A stretch of 248,000 nucleotides of DNA from Wallemia ichthyophaga EXF-994 (GCF_000400465.1 NW_008806284.1:20001-268000); one strand, 5' to 3'. Shown: positions 83,700 to 99,118, numbered from the stretch's first letter. Numbers and translations: made by a program. Notes: a model not told the origin generated them from the sequence alone.

Positions 83700-86600
83700 T
83701 GATTTCTAAATGCTATTCAGTCTGAGCTTATAGTGGAGCTACACCAACCAATCGCTCTCATGACGCACTGCTGCTCTGTCGACTCAACGAGAAGACAAAT
83801 TTTGTAGCAATCGACCGAGAAGTTAAAGTCATTTATCAATTATGATTATAATTACTACAACACCCGCTATTTATCTCAAACCAATTAAATATCCTGTGTA
83901 TTGAGATTGATAGCGAATTTTGCTAGTGAACGCAGAAAGGCTATATCCTCTACTAGACCAACTTGTTCAACGCGAGGAATGAAATGGTTGGTATTCCTTG
84001 ATGGAGTTGCTTGAGATAGGATAGCTCGTTCACATTCGTTGTAGAGTCATTCCTGAGGCAAAAAAAGCTGCTGAATGGTATATTCGCTGTATCTGCTCTC
84101 TAGCGATCGTACACATTCAATCACCTCAATGAGACAATAAGACAAGATGAGATCACCGTCAGGCTCTCCTTTCAAACTCCATTTCGTAGCTTGGAGGTCC
84201 CTTAATAAGGTCACTTGAAGCCCTTTTTCGATGTGTACAGTCGGAACTGCTGTTAGCGGTATGGTCGTATCTTTATTGTCTTCCTCCTCATTCAGATCGC
84301 CTTGATAACGGTTTTCGACATGAACGCATTATCATCTGCGTCAGTAAACTCTATCTTATATTTGGGCTGCGTTTGGTTTCTTCAATATCTAATAACATTC
84401 TCACAAACACACACTCACTCGTGGTGTCGAAACTGGCATTGTGCTTATTTTGGTATACTGAAAGCTGCTGGTGATTACTTGCTATGAAATTCCCTCTAGT
84501 CCGACGAAAGTGCACTACAAACATACTACAAACCTCGCTTTAGCTCTAAATTTATCATTTCCAATCAAGAAACCAAGTATATTAAGATTTTGAACACATT
84601 TTCATGGACGAAGGTTGATTACAAAACAATTAAACAATTGAAGTATCTTGGTTGTGAAGAGCTCACAAGCACAAGCACACAAAATCTAGCACTCAAATCA
84701 CTGCGTGTGGAAACTGGAAGTCTGGCTTAGTGAAGGCGTCGTCGCGATAGAATTCGAGTTTATATTGGAAGGCTTCTAATTTGCTAATCATAGACTTAGT
84801 GAGAACACCTCTTGTTTCCAAGTCAGCCAAGATAGGAGCATATTCGAGCTCTTGACCGTTTTCGAGTTTGTGGGTTTCAAGCGGTGTGTAATTTGGTGCG
84901 AATCTGCCTTTGTGCGCTTTGGTATATTCATCTTCTTCTGTTTTATCTTTGCGATTCTTCAACCACACACTGGCGCCCTTATTGTCGTGCATAACTTCTT
85001 GAAGGAACGCCTTAGGTTGGTTGCAGTTAACTTTATAATAGATCGAGCAATTAGTCCTTAATCCCTCTCCAAACGCGCCTCACTCACATACGACACTCTT
85101 GTATCTCTTGATGTGATGCTGTGTCTCCAAGAGATTCCTGATACGCCTCAAGAGACGATCCATATGCTCGTCATACAGTGCTGTACAGCGTTGGTTGAAT
85201 TTTGCAGTCACGAGCTTTATTTCGTATTGCTCATTCCATTCGGCCGCTGGCACTTTCCGATCTTCAGCCCAGTTAGCAAACTCGACCTGTAGATCTGTCT
85301 TAAGCATATTCTTCATTCGCTCATGAACTTTATTTTCAAGGCGGGTGAGTGTAGTCTTATTGCCTAAATTGGCGCCCTCACTTCTGTGTCTGAAGTTTTT
85401 CAACAGGATGGTAACAGACTTGCCCACTGACGAAACGAAAGACTGGATGCCAGTTTTTGAAGACCTGAATGATCCACGAGCACCACCGATACGATCACTG
85501 AAGTCGGTAGCGATGCGCTGGAGCTTTGAAGGCTGCATTTCATCTGTTAGAGCGGTTCGACTGGCAGAGCTCATTTGCTCGTCGTTTATCTGGCGCATTA
85601 GGACCTCGTCCGCTCTCGCGATCTCTGTTGTTGTCAGTTGATCTGAACTATAAGTCCAACCGGATGGTAGTTCGCTCGGCTGCGGTACCTCAACACCGTC
85701 CTTTGGAGATGACTTTGGCTGCGTATTTCTCATGGACTTAGCTCAACAACCGACTTACCAGGAGATGCGCTCCCTACTTATAGCTCAACAATCCTTACAA
85801 GTAAATGCGCTTCTTATTTAGCAGCTAGGTTGAATATTTTCCATACGAACGAACTTTTCTCGTATTTTGCGATTTCGAAGAATGCAAGTGGGGATATACA
85901 GACAGAACTTTTCATTTGTCGTAATCTTAGGTCTGAAGTCTCCTTGTTCGCCTAATACCCTTTCCATGGACTGAAAATCGGGAATGCGAACATACTTGAA
86001 GATGTAGCACGCGACGAAAGCCAAACAAGTATTATAAAGAGATGCATTGATCAAACAAGATGAGATAGAAGTCTATTTAGGTACTAAGTACAATAGTAAT
86101 ATTGAAGACTGCTATTCTATACTCCCACCTTCCCTTAGTCATGCGAAGGAAGCTTTGAACAGTCCACAGGATGCAGAAAATATTCAATTTTACTCAAACA
86201 AATTGCAGAGATACCCTATCATCCTCATTTTTGACTTGGACAAGAAATCGCGTTTGTTCTAGTTGAGTGATTATGAAAAAAAGGTCCCTGAAGGAAGGAG
86301 GCTCTACTAGCGGTTTCATGAGATATATCTGTTCACTTTCGAACCTGTCTTTGAGCACTATCTTTGAAGATTTGTATATATTTCGGTCGAGCAGCTTCTT
86401 CTTGTAAGTGCTGTAATCTTTTGCGAAGGTTAGATTCATAGCTGCATCAAGAAAGTTACGCCCACAGTGGAGACTACTCAGTAACGGCGTGTGTTTCTTG
86501 ATAAGCATTCGTATGCGATCCCTAAGTAACACGCAGTAAAACTTTGCGAACTTGCTATAAAAGACGAAGGACACGATCTTCAAGCTAGGATGAGCAATCA

Positions 86601-89600
86601 GCTTTATCTTATGCTACCCTGGCTATTTTAGCAGCGTGATCATGTTATCCAATACCACTCTGTCATGAGCTTTGCGCAAGTTAATGAACAAATCTCGGTA
86701 CTTCAAGTCTCCTTCTCTGTCGCTACATGATAGCTTGGGAAGGATAAGGAAGTATAGCTTAATGGTATTTAAGTCTACCCTTGTCGTTATCTCTCTCTCC
86801 CTCTCCGAAGACATCTGGCTCGATGTATAACTGTATCAAGCCGGTGCTGATTTGCAATGGCTGTGGTGTAACCTCCGCCGTGTTGATTAGTTGTGATTGT
86901 TCAGTCCGTCGGGTCTCTTTCCGAGGCTGCTATTGACGCTGCTCTTGAGCTTTTCCAGCTTCGTAGTTTTCATTACGGGTCTTTATCATGCTGTTTCTTT
87001 CACTCCCCGCTGTGAGGGTAAATTGAAGATCAATTGAGTCTGTTGACGGCCGTGCTGGTGAGGGAGTTGGGTCTGGTAACCATTTCTCGAAATTTGTCAG
87101 AGTTATCTCGACACCTGGTGCTCTGGGATCCAATCCGAACTGAGAACCATTGCTAATTGGAGAGCTTGGGAAAGCGCTTTCGATAGATTCAGGAGCTGTA
87201 AACACTTCCATTATTGTTTCAAGTATTATGGAATTAGATGTGGCAAAGCGCGCGATTTGTCACGTTATCTTGACAAGTGAAAATCTTCCTGACGAAGGAA
87301 ACATATCAACGAAATTCACAGAGTCATTACAAGATTTACTTGAGCAAGTCTTACATAGATTGATTCAATCACGCCTGTAGCGGTATCTTCTAGATGGACG
87401 AGGTGTGTCTGCTGAACATCTTGGATCGACGTATGGTGGTGGATCAGGATAGAAGAAATCTTTGCGCCTCCATTCCAGCAGCCAGTGTAGGTATTTTAGG
87501 CATTCAATGTCAAATTTACTAGCCCTCTCCATGTCGTCGACGAGATCGATTCTGTCGACGACAGCCAAATTTACAGTCAGCTTGTTGAGCGTATATATCT
87601 CATTTGCGCTTCTAGGTAGGGTGTCTTCTACCTTTGGCTCAGGTTTCTTCTTCTTGAAGCTATCAACAAAAACTTGCGCTCTGTCTGTTGGGGTTAATAT
87701 CAATTTAAGTAAAGCAAATCGTCGGATATCAACTCACAGATTAAAGAGCGTTTAAAGATTCTGTTGCTTTCTTTGCTGAGCGCCAAGTGTACTCTGGCTT
87801 GGAGGAAATCGAGTACGTCGCCGGCAAAGTCTTCGAAGTACTTGTTGAATACCATGTGGCGTATAGAGGCCTCTAGATCATCACATCCGTTAACAGCACT
87901 ACGATTGCGAATTCTATCAGATACAAAGCCAGCTTTGAGGAGAACTTGGGGCGTGATTTCCTGATCGACTTGTTCTCGAACTTCAGCGAGGAAATCTGTG
88001 ATGATATCCTTGTTCCTGTGGTATCTCAGGTCTAATGGTAACTTATCGCATCCTCCACAAACGCATTCATTGCGAAATGCTTTACAGTGAAGGACCTTGG
88101 TAGCTGGTGGGAGGTGAGTATCATAAACAGCAATCCCTATAGTGCCCACATATTGATCGTGGTATAGAGTTGGTCGTGAGTTGTCGTCTGCTGTTTGTTC
88201 GTTGAGGTTGAGGAATTGGGGGAACGAACACGGATTCAACCTTGTGAGAGTGTCTTCTTATCATCCTTCAACGCCTATTCGACTGCAAAGAACAAAAGGA
88301 ATCGCCTCAGTTATTTATGTCATTTCCCGGCGCTGGAATGGGGGCATCATATCTTAGAAATTTTAAAGAAGTGTCAGGAGTATTAGTGTATGTACTAATT
88401 AATTGCGGTGTAGAAAAGAAATATATGAGTATGTCTAGTATCGCCTATTATCGTCCTTGAAAGAGCTGATTATTTGGTGTAAGCTTCAAATAAGGTCTTA
88501 GTACTCGATATAGCTGAAGTCGAGGGAGAAACACTTCAAGCTATTCTTCGTATAGACCTCCATACACTTGATTCGTTCGACCGTGACAAGAGATGAAAAT
88601 TCATCGCTATTTTTTTCCCTTGAATACCCCAGTCACTGTCGCAGAATTAGTAGGCCTCACAAACAACACCGCAGACTGACTTAAGCGCTTCACTCTAACG
88701 CCATGAATGTGAAAAGCGATAAGACTGCGTACACGCACACGCACATCCACGAAAGCGACTAATTCTGTCTCTACTAATTGCATTTTGCTGAGCTTGATAT
88801 TTAGGAGTGCTTTGATAGTGAGGAGCTTGAAGCAGATAGTTTTTTGTTTATTTGCAAACATTGCAAAGGCGTACTGTGGCATTTCAATGAGATCGTTCTT
88901 GTCTGTGTGATCTCGAGAGGAGCTTGGCAGGGGCTACTAGATGTTCTGGGTGATTCCCCATCGAGAAGCAGCTGCAAGCTGATTTGCGTGCCACTACACA
89001 GCGCTCGAAACGCCTGGATTGGCCAAAACAGCTGCTCTCAGACGGCAGAGCTGGTTTTCCATGTAACGAGATGTCGCTTTAGCTTTAACTTTCGTCTCCG
89101 ACAAACAACTCATGGCATATTTCCAGATACTGTTGGCAAACACATTAAGAAATTGATGTTGGTTAATAACAATAATCGTTCTTGGATCCGCATCATCCGC
89201 ACCCATTGCAATTCGCGACTTGTGATCTGCAAAGATCTGTGCTTCGGTATATTCCAAGATGCCGACATATGACATAATGGGAAATGTAGATCACTTGGCT
89301 TGGCTTATGCATGTGATAGTCACAATCTTAATATATTCACGTAAAATTCAGTCGATTACAAGGTTAATTTGAGGGGTGTGTTAGAGTGTTTCATTTTATG
89401 ACACAACACATCGAAACACGACTCAGATAAAGTCACGTATACGATGAGTGACGTTCCTGACTCACTTGTCTGTCTTTTGAGCTATCTTTCACTTGCAATA
89501 AATGATTTGATGTACGCATCGATTCTGCAACTTGGACCATGTTTGCTGAAGACGATGCAACTGCGCCGTGGGTGAATTGCATATTTGGAACGATCATTGA

Positions 89601-91800
89601 TGTTGAAGGTACTGTTGATACTGACGTTAAAGCTGATGGTGTTGCTGCTTGGTGGAGCACACTGGCGGTATCCCCACCTCTCGACGCTTCTACTGTCGTG
89701 CTGCTAGCTGAGAGGTTCTCCAACTTGATATCATAGAGGGTACGCTCAAAGCTGATTTTTGGCTTGATACTCTTCGGACTTAATTTTTTGCGCTTGCTCA
89801 TAGTCCATTTTGCTAACCTGTCTAAAACAATCTCAAGCATGATGGCGTTAGTGTCACTAGCGTGAATTCCTCAAAATCATCGACAGATGAAAGCATTCCT
89901 AGATGCTTGAGCTAGCTCCAAGTTGGCGTCATTCGTGATTTTCCTTTATAAATTATACATGAAAAATTTATACAACAAACAAGAATAAATAGTCTAAAAC
90001 CATCCCTGCCCTGCAAACTGCTCGATCAATCTGGCTTATTGACTCCTTGTCTTGGGAGCAAACTTGCACTCATCAAGTGATGGCTTAGGGATCCACGTCT
90101 CCATTGCGAACTTGCGATACTCTAACGGGGTGTAGTTCTACGCATTCTTCATATACTCAAACCATTAGCCTTTTTAGTTGATATCGATACTTGGCTTGTT
90201 AAGCAGTGAGCGTTCCTCTTCAATTTTCCAGCCTGCATTCATCTTTGCGTTGTGCTTTATGTACAAATTCACGATGTCTGAACACTCTGCGCTTTTTACT
90301 TTTCCATCATCAACAGAATCAATTACGAGCGGAAAAAGCTTTGGTATGCGCTGCGACAGCGAGTAGTTCGAACCTTCATTAAATGATGGATAGTCATCTA
90401 CCTCGGCTGCACCCTCTAATGTTCTCCATTTCGCTAGCACAGTCTTACCAGCAGCTTCTATCACCAACAATAATCCAGGCTGGTTTGCTACTCGCATCAG
90501 ACACTGGCTGTCTTCGTTATGGTTCCAGCAATGCTCATTATGATGTTCTTTGAAATCTGTCATCGCAATTACGCTTTCAACTTTAGGGTATTTGTCTTTT
90601 CTTTCTTAGCGAATATTTCCAAATACACGTAAAGCTTCCACTGCTTTGCCCTAAGAATCAATTTTGTGGTTTGATATACCCGTCCATGCCAAGTTTCCCA
90701 TTGATGAGTCTCTCAGCGTATGTAAACGCTCTGTATATGGCTTTTCAAAGCCTTTGTGATTAAATGAAACGCCATTAGCGTGGAGAGATGACAGCGTGTT
90801 AGTAAGACATAGTGTGTTTCTCATAACATGGACACCGTCATCCACAGTTATTTCAATGTATGGTTTGATGTAGATGTCGTCATAATTTTTAATTGGATTA
90901 ACTTTGCGCATTTGTGCTCGAGCTTTCTTCTTCTGACGTCTCTTTATAGCTTTGTTGTTAGGCAGTTTACATGTTACAATTTCACCTTTCTGAGCCAAGC
91001 TATCAATGAACTCGGCAGGGGCTAAATCTTTTCCTTCTTCTTCAAGTTTGTTAAGTAGTACATTCAGATTCATCTCTTTGAGACCAGTTTCCAAGTCTAC
91101 GCCTCTGGTCTTGGTATCGCAAAGAATATCAACAACCTTCTCAACCGTCTTTCTTTTCAGGTTTCTTCTGATATGTCAATTTCATGCTATCACAATAAAT
91201 TCAATGTCCTTGTTCTCATCATTAGATTCACCTTCCGCCGATGGCAGAGGAACAGAGACATCCCACCCAATCCATTCGTAGGGCTTGCATTGGGTCTCAC
91301 ATCTGCGCAGATTAATATGGAACTGAACCTTATCACGTTGATCTTCTTCAATTTTGAAACTAGCTGGTGTAGGAGCAGGTAGCTTGATAGAATGAAATTC
91401 TACATCCTTGTTGGTGGTGTATATCCGATATCTTTGCAATCTTAAACAAGGTGGATATCATAGTGTGAGATAGAGCACCAATGGAAACCTTCAGTTCCGT
91501 GCATGGGGCAGTCGTACTTGTTGAGCCATTTTCCGAGCCACACCTTGAATTCATCATTAAGGGCACAAGATTCTGCTAATTTGACGAATATTCAGCCCAG
91601 ATCTGTGCTCTGATTGAGCACGGACCTAACACAGCATCTGGATGCGATTTGGTCGAATATCTGTGTAAGGTTACCCAAGATGTTCAATCTCCGAAACATG
91701 GAACTACTGTCTTAATTCTCATTCGATACTTGCTGCAAGGGTCATAGGTCAATGTCAGCTACGTTGCAAACGAAAGTTTTGAGGAATGTTCAACTGCAAT
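83700..91800 (-). other. Island of orphan/decayed ORFs, nearly all on the minus strand
   Basis: ORFs of 85-217 aa with no recognisable motif; no housekeeping gene in 8 kb. Confidence 0.5.
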
Positions 91801-92101
91801 TGCCCAAAAACTAGCTGTGAATAAGTTTAGAAAGTTAAATTAATCAGAACAACTTTTTAAAACAAAAGAAAGAAGATAAAGAAACATGAGGGACTTTCTG
91901 GATAGGGGTAAGAGTGGTTAAGTGTTAGGAAGTTGGTAGTTGAATAGTTGTTCAAGTGGATTGGGTTGGCGATATTGCTATTCAATTGGGTAAGTTGAGT
92001 ATAATAAATAGGCGTCGTATTCTGTTTATATGTGGCTTATGACATCGCTGTGAGGGAATTATGAAACAAATAACCAAATGCTCAGTTGAAGGATAAAGTA
92101 A

Positions 92102-95100
92102 TTAATTCTGCTCCAATCTGACTTGTGCCAGCACTCTCGATATCTCATTAGCTTGATCAGTCGACAAACCATCAAAGTTACCTGATGGCGTCTCTATCCT
92201 GCTTGGAATCTGTTGTTGAGAGAACGTTGCAGAGGTTGCTGAATTTGGATTACTTATATTCGAGTATTGTTGAATGTCCGCATTATTAGTTGGAGGTATT
92301 GAGATAGGATTTGGGATATTCTGTAATTTATTACGTGGATTGGTAGATAATGATCTAGCGTGTCTTAATCCTGTTGGATGATTTGGTTGACTTTGCTGCG
92401 CATATATTGAGCCTGAGCTCCCAATCGCTTGACTATTGTTAGAAAGTGGTGGTGAGATTGGTGAAAAGAACTGTTGCTGATTCATTTGCGTATCCAATTC
92501 AGGTGGTGTCACTTGCGGTAACGATCTAGTGTGTGCGTGTCCACCCAAAGATGCAGATGATCCGAAAAATTTAGGATCTTGTTGCATTACTCCACCCACT
92601 GGTCCTCCGATAGAATAGTGGGATTGATGTCCCAAATGGCTCGGGCGCTGTGGTTTGTTGAACTCCCTCGGTGATGGCCTGCTCGAAGGGTTGGTACTTG
92701 AAGCATAATTACCGGTGCCTGCAGATGGATCTCCAACTACACCAGCATAACCTTGGTTCTGACCGTTGCTGCCAGTCGCATTTGGAGTCTTTCCAACCAA
92801 TGCACCAAGGTCAAGACTCTGAGCTCTTTGTGAAGCTAACGTACGTTGTGGCTGCTGTGGCTTCATCTTGGCCTCCATTATCGAATCTGTTCCTCTCTTG
92901 GCCGCCGTGTCTTCAGTAGTTTGGGCATAAGACTTGGTGGCGTCGGCAGCAGGTGGTATAGTAGGTCTACCATAGTGAGTTGGTGGCGTTGGCGGGCCCC
93001 ATACGTTTTGAGTATACTGTTGCTCTTGAGCTTGTTGACTAGCAGCGGCATAGTAAGCAGCAGCAGCTTGAGTTTGCTGAAGCTGTGCTTGGGAAGAAGC
93101 CGAGTTAATGGCCTCCTCACCGATTCCACCATAAGGCGATGACATTGCAGTATTTGAATCAGGGGATGACACAGTCGATCCTGGATAACCACCGCTACCA
93201 TCGTTACCAAACAGTGCTTTGACGTTAGGTGTTGATACAGCTGCACGCAATCTTCTGCCCGATCCAACAGCACCTGTTTTGGTACCACCAAGTGTAGACG
93301 ATCCAGAGAAGTTTGGCTTTTGACCCATTAACGCAGCAGCGGAAGATCCACTTCCAATACTGTTGCTACTCAAAGTATTGTGACGAGATTCACCTGGTCT
93401 TGTAAACTGGGCACTTGCATCTTGGAAGCCATCGAAGGTTTCATTCGTGGGACTTTCTGTTGCAGGAATAATCTTTGAGTTAAATAACGGGAAAGCGCCG
93501 GCAAGAACATCCGCACGCATTGGCTGCTGTGTCGGGATAGTTGGTCTGGCGTGGAGAGGTACACCACGGCTTTTCAAGTAATCTTCGAGAGCATCTTTTG
93601 CTGCACCCAACATATCAATGTTAGAGCGTTGACAACGAACCTTGAAGGCCAAGTCTTCATCATCCTCGGACGCGCTGCTGGAATCTGATTGAGGAGAGCT
93701 GTTCTGGACATTATCACTTGGCTTAGACAGCTGAGCTGGTGCAGAGATCGACACGTGTAAATCACTACGAATGGTGTTTAATAGCTCAGCAAATCTATTA
93801 TCGTTGACAGCAGTCTTGATTTGGCTAGAGCGAGGAGCCAAGTATTCAGCTTCGAATGGTACGTGATCCTGCTTATGGTTAGCCAAGTTAAGTTGCAAAC
93901 GTGCAACCCACTAAAACCATCGTCTTTGCAATGTTCACTTGATGCTCAGGACCAAAAATTGCAACCGAGTCAGTTGCCAACTCCTTGTCAGGAAATCTGA
94001 CAATACATCCAGTTTTAGATTCGATGTCGTGCAGAAAAATGGACTTTTCTCCAAGCAAAGTGCGATGATATTTCCTAGGTATCATAATACTTTCATTCGT
94101 ATAATCTTTATCTTTAGGATTGACTAATTCCATTACTGATTGTTTAAGATTTTCCAAATTCATGGCATTCTTCGCAGGCGTTCTTGAAATGACATTGTCT
94201 TCATTATCGCAATACCCGCCTAATGCGGCGAACTCATCAGCGTTTGAAAACTTGACGTACACGCCAAATTTCTTCATGATACGCTGGATGTTTTTACCCC
94301 CAACACCAATGATACGCTTGTGGTACACTTCAGGAACGTGGAAAGACATCTCTGCAGGTAACTCCTCTTGAAGCATAGACAAGCCACTCAAAGCACCAAG
94401 GTCTGAGCCGGCGACCTGGGATAATATGTAAGTTGAGCTGAATAGGGTGACAAAAGTAACCCACATCAATCAAGAAATTGTATTCAGATAAAGTCTCATA
94501 CTTTATTCTAACGTTTGCAGATTTCATGATCTTATTGATCTTTCCATTCTTTTTGCCTGAAATGAAATCACGGTGTTCATTGGCCAATTCAACCTGGAAC
94601 CTAATTTCGTGGTGAAAGCCTTGAACAATATCCAAATCCAAAACTCTCGCGATAGCGTCTCTAACAGAGGCATCGGAGCCGTGAGCCTCAAAGCAATTAG
94701 ACTTGAGTACGATCTCAGCACCCGATTCTAAAGCTAATTTCTCGAGATCGCCTGGTGGGACAGTTGAAGGGTTGATAGAAGGAGGAGGAATCAATACGTC
94801 AAATGTAACTGGTAATAACCAGACACTCGCAACGTAATAAAAGCAGGCTAGTTGCATGACCGACCTTATGGTCCTTTCAATCGAAACTCTGTTATCGCCA
94901 AAGATTTGAATGATGGAGGCTTGTGAGCCAATGACGGGGAATTTGATGAAAGTACCGTTATCAGCCATGATAGTGCGCAGCTCATCAGCTTTTTCGAGGA
95001 CCAAAGCATCCAATTTTCTAGGTAAAAGAGCAGCGTCGCGACTCAAAACAGACTTTGAGTTGACTTTCTGTACGGCGACTTGTACAAGCATATCCTTAGC

Positions 95101-95884
95101 TCTTTGTACACCGAAGAAATCACCAGTAATGTGGATAAAGTTCCTCTGATCAGGTAAGCTAGCAGCTCTTGGTGAGGCATTACCGAGTACGCCTGCTAGA
95201 GGAGGAGGAAGGTAGATGTTTGTTTCAGTCTCCTCTTCAATGGTTCTAATGACAGAGCGTTTCTTTGAGGCGATAATTGGGTGTAATTTAAAGTCGATAT
95301 CAACCTTATCAGCGTGTAAGCCGTTCGATTGATCCATGGTAACTAGAACAGCAATCTTTGCATGCTCAATGGCCTCTTGGCCACCAACAATAGTGAACTG
95401 GACCATACGCTGCAATTGAAGACCATGCTGGAAATTTGAAGGGGGAAGTTCTTTCAAAGCAAAGTTTACACCAGTGAGGGAATTGAGGGAGATAATCTTG
95501 TCCTTGAGGGCGGTGGATAGACAGTCTAAGGGATGGCTGGGATTAAGGTCGTGTACGAGCAAGTCAGATTTTGGAATTTTGAGTTGCAAAAAAGACTTGA
95601 GGGGCAAGTCCCTGATGAGTTGTCCTCTGGCGTTGAGAACATTTTGGAAAGAGCCAGATAAGTGCCAGATAGACAGATTCGATTGTTGATGGTGGTTTAG
95701 AACGCAAGACTGAGATTGAGTGATGGAGCTAGAAAGCTTATCATAAGAATCCGTAGAATTATCAAATTCAAATAAGTAATCTTGATTGGGTAAATTAGGT
95801 AAAGGCAAGCTGAGAGATAAGTTGTAGAGATCTGCTAGGAAATGAGTGTGTGAGAATCATACGAATAGAATCGCACTTACCCAT
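92102..95884 (-). CDS. Multi-KH-domain RNA-binding protein (Mug60/BicC-like)
   Basis: HRDFISGKKNG, YHKRIIGVGG, YHRTLLGEKS KH motifs. Confidence 0.85.
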
Positions 95885-96770
95885 AGAATCTAAAAATTGT
95901 AGTTTTATAATACCTTAGCTGGGTATATATTTTTAACTTTCACTGACGCTCCTTGACGGTCGTTCTTGTCTAAAGTGTGAACGGCGCTCTGAAGGGAGCA
96001 AATTGGATAAAAATTAAATTAGCAATTAGCCGGATAAGCTTCCTTTTCGGCGTTTTTTCTATTTTAATTTTATCCAAATTAAGAATTTTTTACATTTCAT
96101 TTTTAATGGTGGTGAAATTCTTAATCCGGAAGTTTAATCAACATTGTAGAAAAGGGAAATTTAATACATTTTGCTTTAACCTACACGCTTATTATTATCA
96201 ATCTTAATCTTCTTTTTTTGTCTTTCTGCGAGTGCGTCTGCATCTTCTAAGCGTTGTTGAGCGGCAAAAATCTTGTAATATTTCTTATCTAACTGCAAAC
96301 TACCTTGTTTGAATGTATCTATGGCTGACTCATTCTCTTTCTCAGTGAATGACTCGGCTATGTATGTCTAATGAGTCAGGCACAATCACCCACCTGTTCT
96401 GCCTTGGATGTCTGTATATCATTATCATCATCCTCCCATGGGTTTTTCTTTCTTTTTTTTAGCTACTGCGCTTCTTCTTGGGGATAACGGCATTCCATAA
96501 TATCTTCAACCAGGTTGTTGCATTTGTGAACGCGGTCTTGGTTTTGTGTGAGTGGATTCATTGTAATAGTACTTGTAATCTTTGTTACATTTTTATAATA
96601 GACGCTTGCCCCCTTTTTTATATACTTATATTTGCCTAAACCATTTAGAACATCTCATGTCACCGCGCAGCGCAACCTCCCTGCAAACAACCCAAGCAAT
96701 AAATAAACGTATGCATTTATGGGATCTATCTATATGACATTAGCCAAAACCAACTAAATCTCAATTTAAG

Positions 96771-98928
96771 CGACTCTTTTTGGATTTCGACTTGACGCTT
96801 TGTATCAGCGAATCGATCGATGGTGCGTTGTTGGCAGCAACATCGTCTCCATCTCTCTGCGATCTTCTCGATCTCTCCGCTAACAACTTTTTCATGCTCT
96901 TTGTCGGCTTGAAGCTGTTTGATAGTTAGTGGGTGAAATATGAAATATTTCTCAGCACTTGACTCACTTTGGCAGTGTTGGATCAATTGCATACTGGTGA
97001 TCCTCCAAGACGTTCTTGAATCTATCATCATCGACGTTGATTTCAAAGTTATCTTCAGCATCACCGTCATCGTTACCTTTCGATTTCTTGTTGTGTTTGC
97101 GCTTTCTGCCTTGCTTCTTTTCACTCTTGATGATATCGTCCATGTCAAAGTGTTTGGCATCGTCTTTCTCATTCGTGAGTAGCTTGAGTTCGTCAGCTGT
97201 TGACTCCACTCTGCCGCTATCCTGTGCATCCTCTTTATCCTCTATCTTGCTCTTCCTTTCATCTTTCTTGTATGGCTTTGCGATGGCTGCACGGTCATCC
97301 TCAGCAGCTCTGTTGTCGAAGGCAGCCTCATCCTCACTGCCAGACTGGAAGAAGTCGTCGTCAAAGCCAGCCTGGTCGCTAGGTTTCTCTTGCTGCTCCA
97401 TTTGCTCTTGATGCTCGCTATCGTCGTCTTGCATCTGGTTCTTTCTCTTGTCTTTCTTAGCATCCTTCTTTGCCTTCTCCTTCTTCTTGTATCTCTCTAG
97501 CGTTGTCATGTTCTCATCACCATCACTATCCTTACCCTTCTTAGTGTTCTTCTCGCTCAACCCAGGCGCAAACGTAACTTCCATCTCTCCTTCTCTATCC
97601 TTTTTGCCACCCCTGAGTTCACGAGCGTCACCTTGTTCTCCACTAAGAGCAGCTCTCAGCAAAGCCGCTCTTCTCTGGTTTTCCTGCTCGTTTTCGCTCT
97701 CGTCCTCACTCTCAGAGGCGAGATAAGCCTTAAAGTCATTCTGCTCGATATCTTCCTTGTTCATACGCTTGCGCGTGAGAGCCACCCTCTTGTCGTCATC
97801 CTCATCCCAAGTCAGCTTGACCTTGGAGTGGCGCAAAGCGGGTGTCTGGAAATCGACGCCTCTATAAGACTCACTTGAGGTGTTAGCCTGATCGCGTATA
97901 TCATCTTCCTCAAACGCCACGCCATCAGGCACGACCTGGAACTGGAGAATATTTGCAGTGCGTTCGATCTCCGTGTTGTGAGCTTCACTGAACAGCTTGT
98001 GGGCAGCCTTGCTAGACGAGAGTGTGACGATAGCGTAGTAGTAGCGCAATCTGCCCAATTGATACTCCCTCAGTGCTGATTCAGGGTCGAGTTGACGTTC
98101 TTTACCTTTCTTCGTCTTGTTGGCACCTATCAGAGTGGGTCCGGATTGCTCCTCGTGCTCTATACGGTTCTTGCCAAATTGCGACATGTACACACTAACA
98201 TTTTTCAGCGCCTTCTTGTGCTCTGTGCCTTGGAGAATGGAATCAAGGGCGACGTAGATGTCCTGTGCGGAGAGGTGGTCCCAGTCGAGATTGGTGACTG
98301 CTAGACGAGAAGTGAAGTCGATGGTATCGTCATCGTCTCCGTCCTCTGCGTTTTCATTATAGGCTTTAGCCTGAGCGTCTAAACGACGCATTTCATCTTT
98401 GATCTCGTCGTCATTCAAGGATTGGGGGATTTCGTCGTCATCATTATCATCGTCGTCGCTGTCTTCGTCCTCGTCATCAGAACCTACGAGTTGGTTTTCG
98501 TAGTTTTCAGGCTGGAGCTCGACCTCGTCGTCAGCGCTGGAGTCTGAAGAGGCAGAATCAGAAACTGAATCAGAGTCTGAGGAGGAATCAGAGTCAGAGT
98601 CTTCCATGATAGCTTCACCGCGTGCATAATCCATGGCAGATTTGGGTTGTTGTGGTTGCTCAAGTTCGTTCAGTTGGTCACGCTGCTGCCTTTCCTTCTT
98701 AGCAGCCTTCTCATCATCTTTATTGATATTATAAAACTGCTTAAGCTCGTGTGCGCCATCCTTAGGCTTAACTTTACGACCAAACTTATCGACCTTGGAA
98801 GTAGATTGAAAGTCGAATAAATCTTTGAATCTATCGTCTAAGACAACTTTCTGTTGATTCTTCTTTGTTTTATGGAACTTTGGGTTGCTCGCTGTCCCGC
98901 TGAATCTTTTATCTCCGGTTGGCGGCAT
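96771..98928 (-). CDS. ESF1: Pre-rRNA processing protein Esf1
   Basis: RLAVTNLDWDHL, LREYQLGRLRYYYA, NUC153 DDDRFK. Confidence 0.92.
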
Positions 98929-99118
98929 CGTGGTGGGAGATGAAGGAAGACGGGTGCTCTACAATACCAGAAATGCCAGTAAACCTAGTAATCCCAGTAT
99001 TCCCGGCACAACTCACACTATCCTCCACTCCACGCCCTTAAACCGCCCTTAAAATTTAAAGTCCCCCACTTTACCCTTTTTCCTGTTCACTGAAGATCCT
99101 TGAAGAAAACAAGACAAA

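Noticed and set aside
96200-96560. Small minus-strand ORF MNPLTQ... with an intron
   Set aside because: In-frame stop at a poly-A tract with no consistent frame; cannot tell pseudogene from sequencing error.
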